The notes below the pieces were generated by a model. It was not told the origin of the DNA, searched no databases, and worked only from the letters and a program-made list of their open reading frames with translations. Source: Mayamaea pseudoterrestris (taxonomy: Eukaryota). From it: a DNA stretch of 64,000 nt. Location of the stretch: NCBI GenBank assembly GCA_027923505.1, contig BROI01000019.1:434001-498000 (forward strand), read 5' to 3'. Positions 11,493 to 24,955 of the stretch are shown here, piece by piece. Both the position numbers and the translations under genes were made by a program. Each line of letters begins with the position of its first letter. Within the stretch, counting starts at the first letter, position 1.

Positions 11493-14400
11493 ATGGCGAG
11501 CATCAGACAGCAAATGGAGGCCATGAGTAAGCTTCAGTCCTCGCTCGACGAGCAGGCTGCTGCTCCGTCTTCTCAAGCAGCATTGATAATGACCGACGAT
11601 TCAGAAGAAAGCCACTCAATCTCCGACTCGGAGGATGACGATGACGGCAGTGAAGATATGGAGTCAGACTTTGAGAGCGATGAAGAGTCTGGTAGCGATG
11701 AAGCCGATCATGTCGCTGAAACCGTCTCGGCGCCGGTCCTGCCTTGTGACACGGAACAGTTGCAAAAGCAGCCTACTCCATCAAGCATGCAGCAGCAACT
11801 ACTAGCCATTAGCAAGCTCCAGGCCATGATGGCGCAAGCAAACGTTCCTCCTTCAAGTGAACCTGCGGAGACGACTGCCGGTGCCGTCCAAGAAACTCCG
11901 CCGGCACCCAATCAGGTGCCTGCTACGCCGGCAAAGCCGCAGCCCTCTCGCATGCAACAACAAATGCAGGCAATGGGCAGGATGCAAGCCGTGATGGCCA
12001 AAGCCAACGTTCCTCCACCCGATAGTCAACAGCCCGTCGCGTCGTTACAACCTGCTGCAACTGTTGCCAATAGTCACGAAAGTCTCAATTCCGACTCGGA
12101 CGGTGATGACAGCGACGACTTGGATTCTGACGACTACAGCAGTGAATCAGACGATGAACCTGCTGGACAAGGACAAGTGAACGAGCCAGAAGTGGCCCAT
12201 TTTGCTTCAACCAAGCCGCTTGCTCCGCCTTCTGGCATGCAGCGGCAATTGCAAGCCATGGACATGCTGCAGTCAATCAACGAGCCAGAAGTGGCCCACA
12301 TAGCTATAACCAAGCCTCTTGCTCCGCCTTCTAGCATGCAGCAGCAAATGCAAGCCATGGGAATGCTGCAGTCAATGAACGAGCCAGAAGTGGCCCCTTT
12401 AACCAAGCCGCTTGCTCCGCCTTCTGGCATGCAGCAGCAAATGCAAGCCATGGGCATGCTTCAATCAATGATGGCCAAGGCAAACGTTCCTCCGCCTACT
12501 AGTCAACAACATGAACCAGTTAAAGCAGCAAACGACATGGACGACTCGGAAAGTGATGACAGTAACGACAGTATGGACTCTGACTACGACAGTAGTGATG
12601 AGTCGGAGGATGAAGATGAAGTGCAAGACGATGAAGCAATGATGGCCGATGAACCGAAAGGGGCTGGCGGCGTTGACGTTACCAGCGCTACCCCACCTCA
12701 TCTCGTAGCTGCCCAAGACTTGAGCGCGGACGACATGGAAGAAGACAGTGAAAGCGATAGCGAAAGCGAAGATAGCGACAGTGACGAGGATTACTCAAAC
12801 GACATCACGGGGAGTGAATTGGGCGACATGACTGGTGACGGCAGCAGCTGGTGCAGCGATGACTCCGAGTCTGACGACTACGACGACCTCATGGCAGACC
12901 TCATGGGCGGCGGAAATACGACGGGAGCTCAGCGCCGACCGACGCTACTGCCGCCAAAACCAACTCTACCAGCTGTGACGGAAGGTCTCGTTCCGATTGC
13001 CAACGCGGATGAAGGGATGAATCCCATGGAGGGATTGGCCATGTTGCAGAACATTCGTTCCGAACTTGAGCAAGTTGGACGCATGATTGTGACGCAAAAG
13101 ACTGGAGAAAAGTTTTTGCAGCGAGCTCATATTCTGGCGTCCATTAACTGGCTTGCGACAAATGTACCTTCCTGTGTCCTCGACCACCTTGGACAGGAAA
13201 TTCGAGAAGGTCTGAAAGCAAAGGAGCAACAGAAGAATGCGGCACCTAAGTTCATGCCTATGCAGCGACGAGGCTCCGTCGTTGCTAGCTTTGATTTACA
13301 ATTTGAAGATGACGAATCGGAAGCGAGCGAGTTGTCAGACGTAATGGTCGGCTACAACGATGACGACGACGAACTCAGCCTCGCTTACCCTTCACATGAA
13401 AATAGCATGCGCCGCACCGAAAGCCTTGGAACATTTGAATCAAAAGCGCTAAATATGAAGGGTGGACTTAAGCGCAACGTTTCGTTCAGTATGGATGGAG
13501 ACTACTCCCCAAGCCGAAGCTCGTCCAAAGCATTCACTGGTCCAGTGTCAATGTTTACCAGCAGTGTGACTAATTCACATACCAATGGGGCCACGGAAGG
13601 GACGGTTACAAACCGCATTCTCCCATCTGTCTCGCACTTTGAATGCGCTCTGCTTTTTGTCGATATCTCGGGCTTCACGCAACTTTCCACAATGCTTGAT
13701 CCCGAGAACTTGTCCAAAACGATCAATCAATACTTCGAAGTCATTACAAAGACTGTCTCTGACTATGAGGGCGATATCCAGAAGTTTGCGGTATGTATTG
13801 TCTGTTTTGACGTGCAGTGGTTGTCTAAATTGGCGTTCAGTGAGTATGTGACTCTTGGCGCTTGGACCTAGGCTCACACAGTTATTTTCAGGGCGACGCT
13901 CTTTTCTGTGAATGGAGGGTAACTTCTACAAGGCCTAAAGCATATTGTGTCGATCTTGCTGCGCACTGTGCCGCCCATCTCGTCAATGTATGCGCCGACT
14001 TTCCAGTCATGGCTTTTGGGGATATTGTTCAGGCAGCCGAAGGGAACGGATCACCTGTCACGCATTTGAATGTTCATTGTGGATTGGGAATTGGTTCCAT
14101 GGCTGGTATTCACATCGGTGATAGCGCAAATCGTCGCGAGTATGTTTACTTAGGCGACCCAATTCAACAAGCCACAAACTCGTGCAACGATGCTACTTTT
14201 GGTCAAGCAGTTGCGTCCAAACAATTCATTAAAGAGCTATTGAAACTTGGAATGATTGAATCTGCAGTTGGGGAGTCAGGAGTGATTGCGCATCGATCAG
14301 TGAATCATTTGCAGATGACTTGCCATTCCTTTCACCGCAACGCAAATTCGCGAGGTGTAACGGAGCACGTAGATGGACTTGAAGTCGAAGCACTAATTGA

Positions 14401-17400
14401 ATACCGACGTCTCATGTCTTTGTATGTGCACCCAGTTGTCGTCTCAAACGATGTGGCCGCTGCTGATGGATTTAAGTCTTCAAGAGGACGCGCAACGTCT
14501 CGAGAAACGTCTCAGGAAGAATCGGAACTCCGGAGCGTATATGTCATGTTTATGAAACCAACAGTCTCAATGAATTTATCAGGTAACTCAGCAGAGGACA
14601 AGGCAGCTGCGCGGCTGCTGAACAACATTATGCTTGTGACAACACGCGAGCTTAAAAAATATCATGGCCATCTCCGGCAGACAATCCTGGACGATAAGGT
14701 AAGCTCAGACGATGCTAAACGGCTTAAAGTATCCGCATTTATAACAGCTAATAGTAAAATTCTTCTGCGATTCAGGGCTTGGTTCTGATTGCCACCTTCG
14801 GGTTGCGCGGGTCCACTTTCCCAAATTTGGTGTCGGAACGCGCCTTGCCGGCGTCGGTGCTGATTCACAACGCCTTACTTGTGGAGTTGGGCGTCGACAG
14901 TCGCATCGGATGCACATTTGGAGATGTATATTGTGGCCCAGTGGGAGGGGTGAAGCGCAACGAATACGCTGTCATGGGCCCTTCTGTGAATCTTGCTGCG
15001 AGATTGATGAGTTTGGATCAGAATGCAGGTATTCTTGTTGACATTGCTGTCCGGCAGCTTGCATCGCAGGCATACGGATTTAACGCCCTGCCACCTGTCG
15101 CGGCGAAAGGATACAAAGATCCAGTACCAATATTTGAGCCTCTCGCTGCGCTTGACCGCTCATGGGGACGGATTGAGCCCAATTTTGTCGGCAGGACTCC
15201 CGAGCTCACGAAGCTAGTAAAAATTGCTCGAGAAATGGCGAGTGCGAAACAAGCGCCACCAAGAATTGTTATGGTGTCAGCCTCCAGCGGCCTCGGTAAA
15301 TCTACTTTCTTGACACATAGCATTGAGCATATTCGGCGAGCTGGTGTGCGAGGGCGCATTTTGGTTGCGAAGAACGTGGGAAGCGAAAGCCACGCCCTTA
15401 TTCCATTTACGACGATTCGGCCAATTTTGATGAAGGTTCTTGGCGCTTATGTTTGCTCACACGACCAGTCGCTTGTGTCCTTGATGTCTGCTAATGACTC
15501 TTGTGCGACAGGTTCGGTCCACTTCAATGGGGAGTTTTCGGTTGTTTCCGAAACACTGTCGCGCGAGCCTTCAATTTCCGAAGCCATCCAGAAACTGATG
15601 GTTATCGCTGAATCCCTCAATGTTCCTTCCAAACTGACCCGACGGGTACAAGGCGTTGTTCTTGAGGGCAATTCACCTGAGATTAAAGCACTTTCGATGA
15701 GGACAAAAACTGCTGCTGCGGCAATTTCCGAAATGGTGACATTCATCTCTCAAATTTTTCGCACTTGCACGCGAGGCATTTGCTTAAATTTGATCGCGAT
15801 CGACGACATACACCATGCCGATGCTGCATCATGGCTAGTTCTGCGCAACGTATTTGAAACGGCTGACAACTTTCTAATAATTGGCACGAACTATGCAACG
15901 ACGGACTATACCCTGCACATTGATGAATCATTCGCAGAAGATCTTAATAGTGTCTACTCGAAAAATGGTCGCTTTGAAAATATTGAGCTCGGTCCACTGA
16001 GCAAGGATGAATTAGAATTGATGACGATGAAGACCTTGGGTTTGCAAAAGCAGGAGGTTGATGCCGACGCCTTGCAGGAAGTGGTTATTCAGTCAGGAGG
16101 CTCGCCACACTTTGCGACAAAAATTTTACGAGATATTAAGGATCGTATGGATGTAAACAGGCCAAATAGCACACTTGAAGCTGATGAAGGTCTTGCCGAC
16201 ATTATTTTGCACCGGTTCGATACGTTTGACCTTCCTGTTCGAAACACTTTGAATGTGGGTGCAGTTATGGGTTCTCCTTTCCGACTCGGCGATATTTTGG
16301 CGGTATTAAAAGAAAGCAGCGACATGAAAGACGAAGATTTAAGACTTCAGACGGTCGACGCACTTAAACTCGCCGTCAAGGAGGGAATTTTGATTTTTCG
16401 TGACAGTCTGCGCGACAACGATACGAAGAACGATCCTGGAGTTTTTGACAACAACGACACTGAGTTCTTGTTTCGACATAACCTTTGGCGCAATACGCTG
16501 CTTGGCTTGATGCTGAATTCTCGGCAACGCCATGTCCATCGGAAAGTTGCGCAAGCAATTGAGGCCAAGCTTGACGACGACGCTTCGTTCGACACCAGAA
16601 AAAAATTGTTTTTACACTGGAAATCCTCCGGTGACACGGGGAAGGCAAGTAACGTGGCATTGACCAGTGGCAAAGCTTTGGAACAAGACCCTGCTGGTAT
16701 TGAATTCAGTGTTTCCATGTATAAGGAGACTCTTCAAATGTGGGGTTGGGAAGGTTTTCGTGACGGATCGATTGCTGGCTTCAGTTCACAGGTTCTTGAT
16801 TATGTTGCAGCTGACGATGTTGCAAGTATGATCAGTTTGCTCGTGGCTTATGGCGGAGCTTTAAGCAAGCTTCGAAAGACTAAAGAGAGCGTGGTGTTTC
16901 TCCAGGACTCACTACGTGTTGTGCAGTCCGCCAAAGCCGCCTCTAAACTCGAAGATCGTTCGATCATGTTTCCGGCATACACTGGCCTGGCCAATGCGCT
17001 GACTGAAGGCCAAATTCAGCAAGATGCATACTGTCGCTACGAAGCCTCATTGATTCTTAGCTTTATGAAGGAGACGCGGACTCATGGGCGTTTGATCCAC
17101 CACATATATGCGTTGTATCTGCAGATGCAATTCTACAGCAAACGTAACCAGCTTCAGAAGGCGATCGCAGTCCACAGCGTCATTAAGCAATTATACAAAC
17201 CCGAAAAGCATTCTATGCTCTTGCGCAAAGTTTATGGCATTGATGCCGGAGCTTTAAGTTTTTGTCTGTCGTCACATCTCCAAATGGTATTGGGTGATAA
17301 CCGCCAAGCAATTCGCAACTGTCGCAACATAGTTCGCGATCTATTACCGAGAATACAGACGGACTTTTTGCAGTCGTTCGCCATGATGTACTCGCTTGTG

Positions 17401-17969
17401 TTCGTCTTGAATGAGAATGGCTATTCCGCGGAGGCGCGAGGTTTCTTCGAAAAAGTAGTCGTCCTGCCCTTTGGCGAACAAGTACATGAAACGGAAGAGA
17501 AGTTTTCTCTCTTGACAATCTACGAGCCGCTTGTAATTTTGCTCAATCTGAGCGTTAAGGGCGACCTTTCCGACAAGAAGCTTGACGAATATCGGCAGTG
17601 GGCATTAAACGAAGACAACCTCATGTACGACGCAGCTGTGAACACGAAGCTTGGGCGCCTTGGTCGGTGCGCCGACTCTGTGGGCGCAGAAATATGTCTC
17701 CTTGTTGCGGCCCATCTGCCTGACTGTCCTGATCGAAATATAATCATCACGAACGGTACGTTTGAAGGCATGTAGCCACTTCTTCTGGAAATATTGTGCT
17801 TAATCTATCTCTTATTCTTTTTGTTTCTCCAGGAACCCGAGTCGCGTTGGCTGCATCCATATTCGACAAGAGAAACGGCCTGACTGTGGCTCACAAGCAG
17901 GTCTACGCTATTGCTAATAAGCTCAAGGTTATGAATCCAGAAACGGGGAACACATACCTTGAATGCTAA
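11493..17969 (+). CDS. Soluble adenylyl cyclase (ADCY10/sAC-like): long low-complexity N-terminus, two class III cyclase domains, P-loop STAND ATPase, helical C-terminus
   Basis: Exons 11493-13790, 13892-14698, 14776-17755, 17833-17969 (GT-AG introns). Motifs FVDISGFT, QKFA|GDAL, DDK|GLVLI, MGPSVNLAARL, FVGR, SSGLGKS, IAIDD. Confidence 0.92.
12180..12470 (+). repeat. In-frame 99-bp (33-aa) tandem repeat x3 in the cyclase N-terminus
   Basis: AACGAGCCAGAAGTGGCCC at 12180, 12279, 12378; NEPEVA...TKPLAPPSGMQQQMQAMGMLQS. Confidence 0.92.
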
Positions 17970-18293
17970 CGCTAGACTTTTTGTACGGAAGATGTGAAGA
18001 AGCAGTGTATGTAAAATCGCATTTCTGTAAGAATACAACATTTTATACAACTTTACAAGTAGCTTAGCATCGTTTTTAGCTGCGGCCTTTCTTCTGATCA
18101 AGCATTTTGAGGCGCATTCCTGCTCCTGCCGGACTCTTTGTCTTGTAAGGACTTTAGCGCGTTACTCGGCCAGCTGTAGTCTAGGCGTTAAGGACCGAGC
18201 TTCATGAAAGCCCTGCGCTTTGTCCGAAAAGCTCATATAGTAACCTATTCATCGGGTCATTGTGTGAAACTGGAGGGCCCACATCGCAGCAGA

Positions 18294-19847
18294 TCACAGA
18301 GCATCGCCCTTTTCCGCCATAACAGCGCCATACAGAAGCGCTTCAACATCGTTACCTTCGACTCCCTCAGTCCGTTCCATGCCTTCCCGCCGTCGCACCT
18401 CCTTGCTAATCGCCGTCCAATCCTTCGAGACAAAGATTCCAAAAAGAACTATATTTGCCAGCATGTATGGCGGCCAAATGTAATCCCATACCACTTCCAA
18501 GCTGTGATATTTTGTAATGCCAAGGCACAGTGCTGCTGGCAATCCAAAGATCCAAAGAAAGACAAAGGTAACAACGCCGAGCGTCCACTGCATGCCCAAA
18601 CCTGTAGATACGCCCATGTTGAGCGCGTAAATGCCCAAGTGGAAAAAGTAAAAGCAAACTCTCCACCAAATGGCATGACATCCATCAATCACGTCCAAGT
18701 CAGATGTGAACATGCGAAAAATGGCTTCCCGATAGTAGTACATGATGACTGACATGAACGCAAAGAGGACCGATCCAGAAACATAGACGAGCGCAGTCAA
18801 TCGTTTCGCATGTTGCACATTGCATGAAATGGTTGCTCCAAGTCGAAGGCTGAGCGCAATCCCAATGCCCAGCGGCACCATAAAGGTGATTAGAATGGCT
18901 TGCGTTGCAACCGTGTGAATTGACAGTTCATTGACACCAAGTGTTCCAATCGCTAGACTGACAATCTCCCAGTAAATCCACTCGGAGGTTGCCACCATGC
19001 CGCCGACGCCCAATGAAACATAGGCTGAGAGTGACTCCCAGTGTAAGGCTTCCCGCCAGGCCGCCAGCGTCGGCCACGTATCGACATGGTGCGGTTGAAA
19101 CAGATGAACATACAGCAGCGTCAGCAAGGCTTGCGCCATTTGAAAGACGCAAATGGCCACTGCGGATCCCAAGAAACCGAACCATTCCGTCGCATACTTG
19201 AGTGCCAAGGGCAGCACCACGACGCAGGAAACCACTCCGGACACTACCAACGGCAGCATGACATGCTGGGCCGCCAAGAACTTCCAAGTCACCATATAGA
19301 GCGCGTAGAACGGCAGCGACAAAACGTAGACAACGTACCAGCGCCAAGCATGCACCGTCACGACTGGGTCTTCGCCAATGGCGATGAGCGTCGACTGCAT
19401 GTACGTTATCACCAATACCGTAATGGGAACAATGAGCAGCATGCCACCGAAAAAGCCACGCATGGCCAGCAATCCAACTTGTCGGTAGTTGCGGGCGCCA
19501 AAAGCTTGCGGCGATAGTGTATCGGATGCACTATATAGTCCCGATAGTAGTGACAGCGTCAGTAGATTCACCAGTAAATTCGCCAAGCTAAAGGCATCCA
19601 AGTAGATTGGTCCAAAGGTGCGGCCAACGTGCGAAGCGGTCAGAAAGGATGGGACGGTAAAGCCGAGTTGAATCAAAATGGTCGGAATGGCGAGTTCCAG
19701 TAAGAGTCTGATTTCCCTAGTCCATGCAGTAGATTCGTCGTCGTCGTCTTGCTTGATGGGTGCCGCCGAAGAATCTGTAAATGATGTGCGTGACAGGCGT
19801 CGCATGAGCGGCTTGGTTTCGTCTACATTGGCTGTCGAAGAGCACAT
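18294..19847 (-). CDS. MATE family efflux transporter
   Basis: LAIPTIL, DTLSPQAFGARNY, EWIYWEI, PLGIGIALSLRLG; about 12 hydrophobic segments. Confidence 0.95.
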   Translation of the reverse strand: MCSSTANVDETKPLMRRLSRTSFTDSSAAPIKQDDDDESTAWTREIRLLLELAIPTILIQLGFTVPSFLTASHVGRTFGPIYLDAFSLANLLVNLLTLSLLSGLYSASDTLSPQAFGARNYRQVGLLAMRGFFGGMLLIVPITVLVITYMQSTLIAIGEDPVVTVHAWRWYVVYVLSLPFYALYMVTWKFLAAQHVMLPLVVSGVVSCVVVLPLALKYATEWFGFLGSAVAICVFQMAQALLTLLYVHLFQPHHVDTWPTLAAWREALHWESLSAYVSLGVGGMVATSEWIYWEIVSLAIGTLGVNELSIHTVATQAILITFMVPLGIGIALSLRLGATISCNVQHAKRLTALVYVSGSVLFAFMSVIMYYYREAIFRMFTSDLDVIDGCHAIWWRVCFYFFHLGIYALNMGVSTGLGMQWTLGVVTFVFLWIFGLPAALCLGITKYHSLEVVWDYIWPPYMLANIVLFGIFVSKDWTAISKEVRRREGMERTEGVEGNDVEALLYGAVMAEKGDAL

Positions 19848-20324
19848 GGCGAAACGTAGCGTACTGCTAGCAGTGATGAATAGCGAAAGTGTAGTATGTA
19901 CAAGAGTTGTTCAGAGTGGAACAGGTTCAATGGTGAGATGGCGGAATGTGTTTTTTGAGCTGCGCGAATGGACCTCATCGCGAGCTTCGTCACTCGCGTC
20001 ATCGCAACCGCGTCGGCGCGGCGAAACGTCATAAACGTCGTAGCGGTAACTCTGTCGTAGCGGTTCTAACCGTTTGACTTCGCCGCCAAAGCGGATTGCG
20101 GGAAAGGAAAAGGAATGATAGCCTCTACATCAATCATTCAACATTACAACGGAGCCAAGATCGAGAAAGCGTCTATGTGACTGACAAACGAACAAGCAAG
20201 TAACTAGTGTTGACTTATAAATTAGTAGGCGCACCGCCATCGTGCATCGCACAACATATTTCAACATGCCGTCGTGTCCAAAAGGCTGAAGGTTCCTCAA
20301 TCTTAATTATTTACTAAAGTATTG

Positions 20325-21383
20325 CTACAAGCTAAAGTCATTTATATCGCCAAACGCCCCGGGATTCTTGGCCTGGCTAAAGGCATCAAACACGTTTGAT
20401 CCGGGCCGCGGCGGCGGCTGTCGCGCTTGCTGCCCAAAGGCGTTTGGCTGCTGCTGATTTCCATACCCTCCGGATTGCTGCTGCTGCTGATTTCCGTACA
20501 TGTTGTTGTTGCTGTAGTTACCCGAAACTGGCGGCGTATGTTGTTGCTGCGTTGGCGCCGACATGCCAAAGAAATCGGCATGCGCCGCCTGCTGCTGCTG
20601 AAAGTGATTGTGACTCATATCCAGCAGCGGCGACTCCTTGTGTTGCGTAGCTTGCGCTGGCGAGTGTCCGCCGTCCAACAAATTGGGAGCGCTCTGCGCC
20701 ACATGTTGCTGCTGCGGCGGAGCACTTATTGGCGCCGGCGCGTCAAACAAGTCGTAGGACGCTGCCGGTGATGGAACATGATGATGATGATGACTACCAA
20801 CACCATTCGAGGTTGGAGCAGGCGTACTTCTGACAAAGTCGTCGTCATCCTCATCATCATCATCCTCAATACCAATGCGCGTCACCTTGGCGACAATGCC
20901 ACCCTTCCACGTTGGAACATGCATGCGATCATCAACACAATCCATCCACACCGCCATGCTTCCCTTGTCGCGATCCGTTCCCGCCACTAACGGTGTTTTG
21001 AAGCGAAAATGGTACCGTCCGCTCAGTGGAAAGGAACGCTTGACTTCCTCCAGGGTTGGAGGAACCTGCGGTTGACGAGGCTTTGGTGCGAGAAAGACGT
21101 TGGGCTGGAGCTCCAAGTCGCCGTCCTCTGGAATAAAGTATCTGCAATTTATAAAATATGTATAATCATGAGTGAGTTTAATAAGTCGCTTGTTAAAGTT
21201 ATAAAGATTGCTTTGCAAGAATGACTGAAGTAAGAAGCGAACGGACGACGAAATCAAAATGCAAAAGTCGCGACGACTTCCAGCGGATTTACTTCCGTCA
21301 GCTCTCTTGATATTCGTTTAATGCAGCTTTGCCATTACATTAATGACTGCATCTCGTTCGATAACTTACCGTACCGTCGTCAT
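20325..21383 (-). CDS. DIX-like domain protein with low-complexity C-terminal tail
   Basis: Exon 1 21383-21370 (ATGACGACGGTACG|GTAAGT), exon 2 21141-20325, giving MTTVRYFIPEDGD..PNVF..TLEEVKRSFPLSGRYHFRFK..VWMD..VPTWKGGIVAKV. Confidence 0.75.
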
Positions 21384-21840
21384 GGTGCTTGGCAAGAGTC
21401 GCTTCGATGATTTTTGACCGTTCCGCTTGGCTCGTCGTCGTTTCTGAAATCCTCATCTCCAACTGTATCTCCAACTGAGGTATGACTTTTTAAAATGACC
21501 CGGCATTGGTGGGAAATGTCAAGGGTCATTTCGGGAGGGCCATTCGGCGGCGATATTCCAACGCGCGCGCCAGCCCGCCTTGCAGTGGTTCCGCAAAAAG
21601 GTGAACCTCTCCACTGCATTGAAGGGAAAAAGACTCTTTCTCTCGCAAACATAAGAGATACATACATACATATTGCATGCCTGCGCTGAAACAGAGATTG
21701 AGAGTCTGCTTGAGAGAGAGACTGGAATACAGGAGCAAGTCTTCTGCTGCGTACCAGGACCGCTTCCGCTGATTGCTGGCTGTCAAGTTTGTTTTCGTCA
21801 TTCTCTTTCAAGCAGGACCTGAAACCGAACTTGCATTACC

Positions 21841-24800
21841 ATGTCGTCGTCGAATCAGCATCAGCATTCTTCTCCACCAGCCGCCAAGAGGCAGCGTCGC
21901 GAGCAACCGTTCGTCGTGAGCATGGACTCGCCGCCGCCGTTAACCTTTCGCATTGGCCGCACCGAAGCCGTCAGGGTGCGTTGCGCGCGCTAGACTTTCG
22001 AATTCGAAAATTCAGCCTTTAGACTCACACGCATTCACTTTCATACCCTTCTCTTTATAGTTTCACAAGCCGAGTCGATCCTGGCGCGTGGGTCGTTTGG
22101 TGCAAGTGATAAATGGTCCGGCGCTGCAATGCAAGCAACAAGGAACAGCAAACCAGCAGCAGCAGCACTACATTCTCATGTTTGACAATGGCGACCAGGA
22201 AACTCTTTCGGCCAAGCAATTCACCAAGAGCGTGCTACTGAACAGAGTCAGTGTGGGGACGCGCGTCTCCGTCGATTGGAAACATTCAAATTGTCGTCAT
22301 TCGGCCACTGTTGCGAAACTTTGCGCCTCGCGTCGGGAGGCGTGGAACGTCGTCTACGACTTTGGTGAGCGCGAGTGGATCAACTTGGCCAAGACGAGCT
22401 TTCGTATACTGTCGCAACCAGATGGAGTGGATCATGATGATGACGATGAGTCTTGGTCCATGCAAGACGAGTCATACTCGTGGAACAGCGACGACGAAAA
22501 GTGTCCGGCTGTCAGCAGCGATGCGGATGAAACGAAACCTGTCGTGGCATCATGTTTAGACGTGACTGCAAGGCAACGGATGCAGTCCATGAGTCGTCAT
22601 ATTGCGTCAAATGTAAAAGCAAAGCCGACTGTCGTCAATGTGGCTGCCAATGTCAAACCCGAAATTCGATTGCCACTTCAGGAACATATTGCGCCTGATC
22701 CTGACGTTACTCCAGCAATCGACAATGCAGAGTCAACGCTGATGTTTTGGGGCGCGCCGGATCATGTCAAACATGTGCAAAAGGGCTGCCGCATTGCTCT
22801 TTGGTGGCCGGGTGAGCAATTTCCAAAAATGGGAACCGTGTCGGTGCAACGAAAGGACTTGGTGCGGTTAGATTTTGCGCAGGCGCACAAGGAATGGGTG
22901 GATCTACGAAAGTATCGCTTCAAAATACTGTTTACTGCACTTGGGAAGGAATATTTAGTGCCGCCAGTGGATAAGTATTGCTTGGAAACGCAGCGGGAAC
23001 CAAAAGGCGACACTGCGGTTGACAAAATCATTGTTGGCAGCCGCATATTTATCTACTGGGCGTCGGATGATACGTTTCGGGATTGCATTGTCATTGATCG
23101 AAAGTCGGATGGACGAACCAAGCCATATTGGCTGGATTATGGAAATGGCGACAAGGAGTGGATCAATTTTGATCGCGTCATTTGGAAATTTCAGCCGGAG
23201 CAACAATTAGCAACAAACGATCGTCATAAAATTGCTTTCGAAACTACTTCCATGATGCCAAGCCATGCATGTGAACCTTTGTTATCTTCCATGCAACCTT
23301 TGCCACTGGTTTCGTCGAGTTTGGATGACGAGATAAACTCATTTTCGTATCCCAAGACTGACGAGTCCACTTGCGGCATTTTAGCGACGGAGCCTCTCGA
23401 TGACTTGATTAGCCGAGGAGGTTTATCAAAAACCCTGCTAGAATCGGAACCTTCGCTAGGGGATGTTACTGCGTCGACGTTAGCAGCGAATGAAGATTGT
23501 TTTGCCAGAGATGCTGAGATGGAGGTGAAAATCGAAGATGCGGCACCTCCCAAAGCCTTTTCCAAGCGCATTTCTAAAGATGCAGCAATCTGCAAAAACA
23601 AGTTGAAAGCAACCAAAGATGCGAATGCAAGTTTGAGGACTGATTCTGTTGAAGAAATCGTTGTTGGGTCCAGAATAAAGATTCTAGGTGACAACAATTC
23701 CTGGACGAATGCCATGGTGACCAACATTCGGCTTGGCTTTGGCGCGCTGACGCACCATGTGGAACATGAAGGTGGTAAAAGCATGTGGCTTGACTTTGCA
23801 GGTATTACGTTTCGATTCTTGCGCGGCAGCAAACGAAAGGCAGAAGACATTGATGACTCGTGTGACGAAGCCGATATGCCCGAACCAGAAGACAATGAAT
23901 ACGAGATTTTACCAGGATCAAGGATTCGAATATGGGATCCGTCCTCGAAGCAGCATTTTCTGGCCAAAGTACTTTGCTATCGTCGCGACGGTCGTGAAGA
24001 TCCATACTGCATTGAACTTGACAACGGTACCAGGGAATGGACTGGTTTTGAATCTCGATCCTTCCGCTTTTGTCCAGGGTCTAAGCGATGTCATTCTCCT
24101 TTTCGCAAAACAAAGCTGTACGAGTTTCCGCAAATTAAAGTTGGAATTCGGCTTTACGTCTGGTGGGAGAGTCATAGTCATTGGTTTGTCGCCACGGTGA
24201 CCCAAATTAAGCCTCTTCGCGAGCGTCCACATTTCTTGGAGTACGAAGATGGTGATAAAGAGTGGCTCGATTTGCAGCGCAAACGGTTCATGTTGCATCC
24301 ATCACCTTGCGGGTCAATTAAACAAAAGAATGGATCGAGTAGGAAAGGCAAGATAATGGAGAGCAAGCGCAGCCGGGCTGAAAGTTTTGACAGCGAGTCT
24401 GGTCTCGAAGACACATATTCGAGCGATGAGCTCGATGATGTCAGTGAAACATTGCCTACTTCTGATACGCGACAAGGACGTGATAATGTGAATGCAAAAG
24501 CTTTGGCCGAGAAGCGAAACGTCGACGCGTCGAAAAAGACAGAGCGACGATTACCTCGCGACACGTCTGATTGCGGAATGAATACTGAGAAACAGCATAG
24601 TAGAAGAGTGCCGCGCTCATCTCTCGACGAATCGAAAGCCAAAACCGGTCGAGTTGGTGACCAAATCGTGGCCGACGTTGAGCGCGAGAAGGCCAGCAAA
24701 GCACAAAAACCAAAAAAGCGTAATGCTCGCGGCACTTTTCATGAACCAGCGAATGACAAGGAAGCGCGCAAATCGATAGCTACGATTCGAGAGGGCTCGC

Positions 24801-24955
24801 GAGTTTCGGTCTGGTGGGACGGTGAGGCAGCCTTCTTTACGGGTACTATATCGCTTGTTCGAGAAGGCAAGCGGCCGTTTCTTCTCGACTACGACGATGG
24901 TGACAGGGAGTGGGTCGACCTAATGAGTGAAAGGTTTCGCGTTTTGGAAACTTGA
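21841..24955 (+). CDS. Multi-Tudor-like domain protein (~8 repeats)
   Basis: Exon 1 21841-21975, intron 21976-22060, exon 2 in frame with the 955-aa ORF; repeated motif GxRxxxxW...F/YxxxYDDGDxEWxxL resembling PDS5/MSH6-type Tudor domains. Confidence 0.75.
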
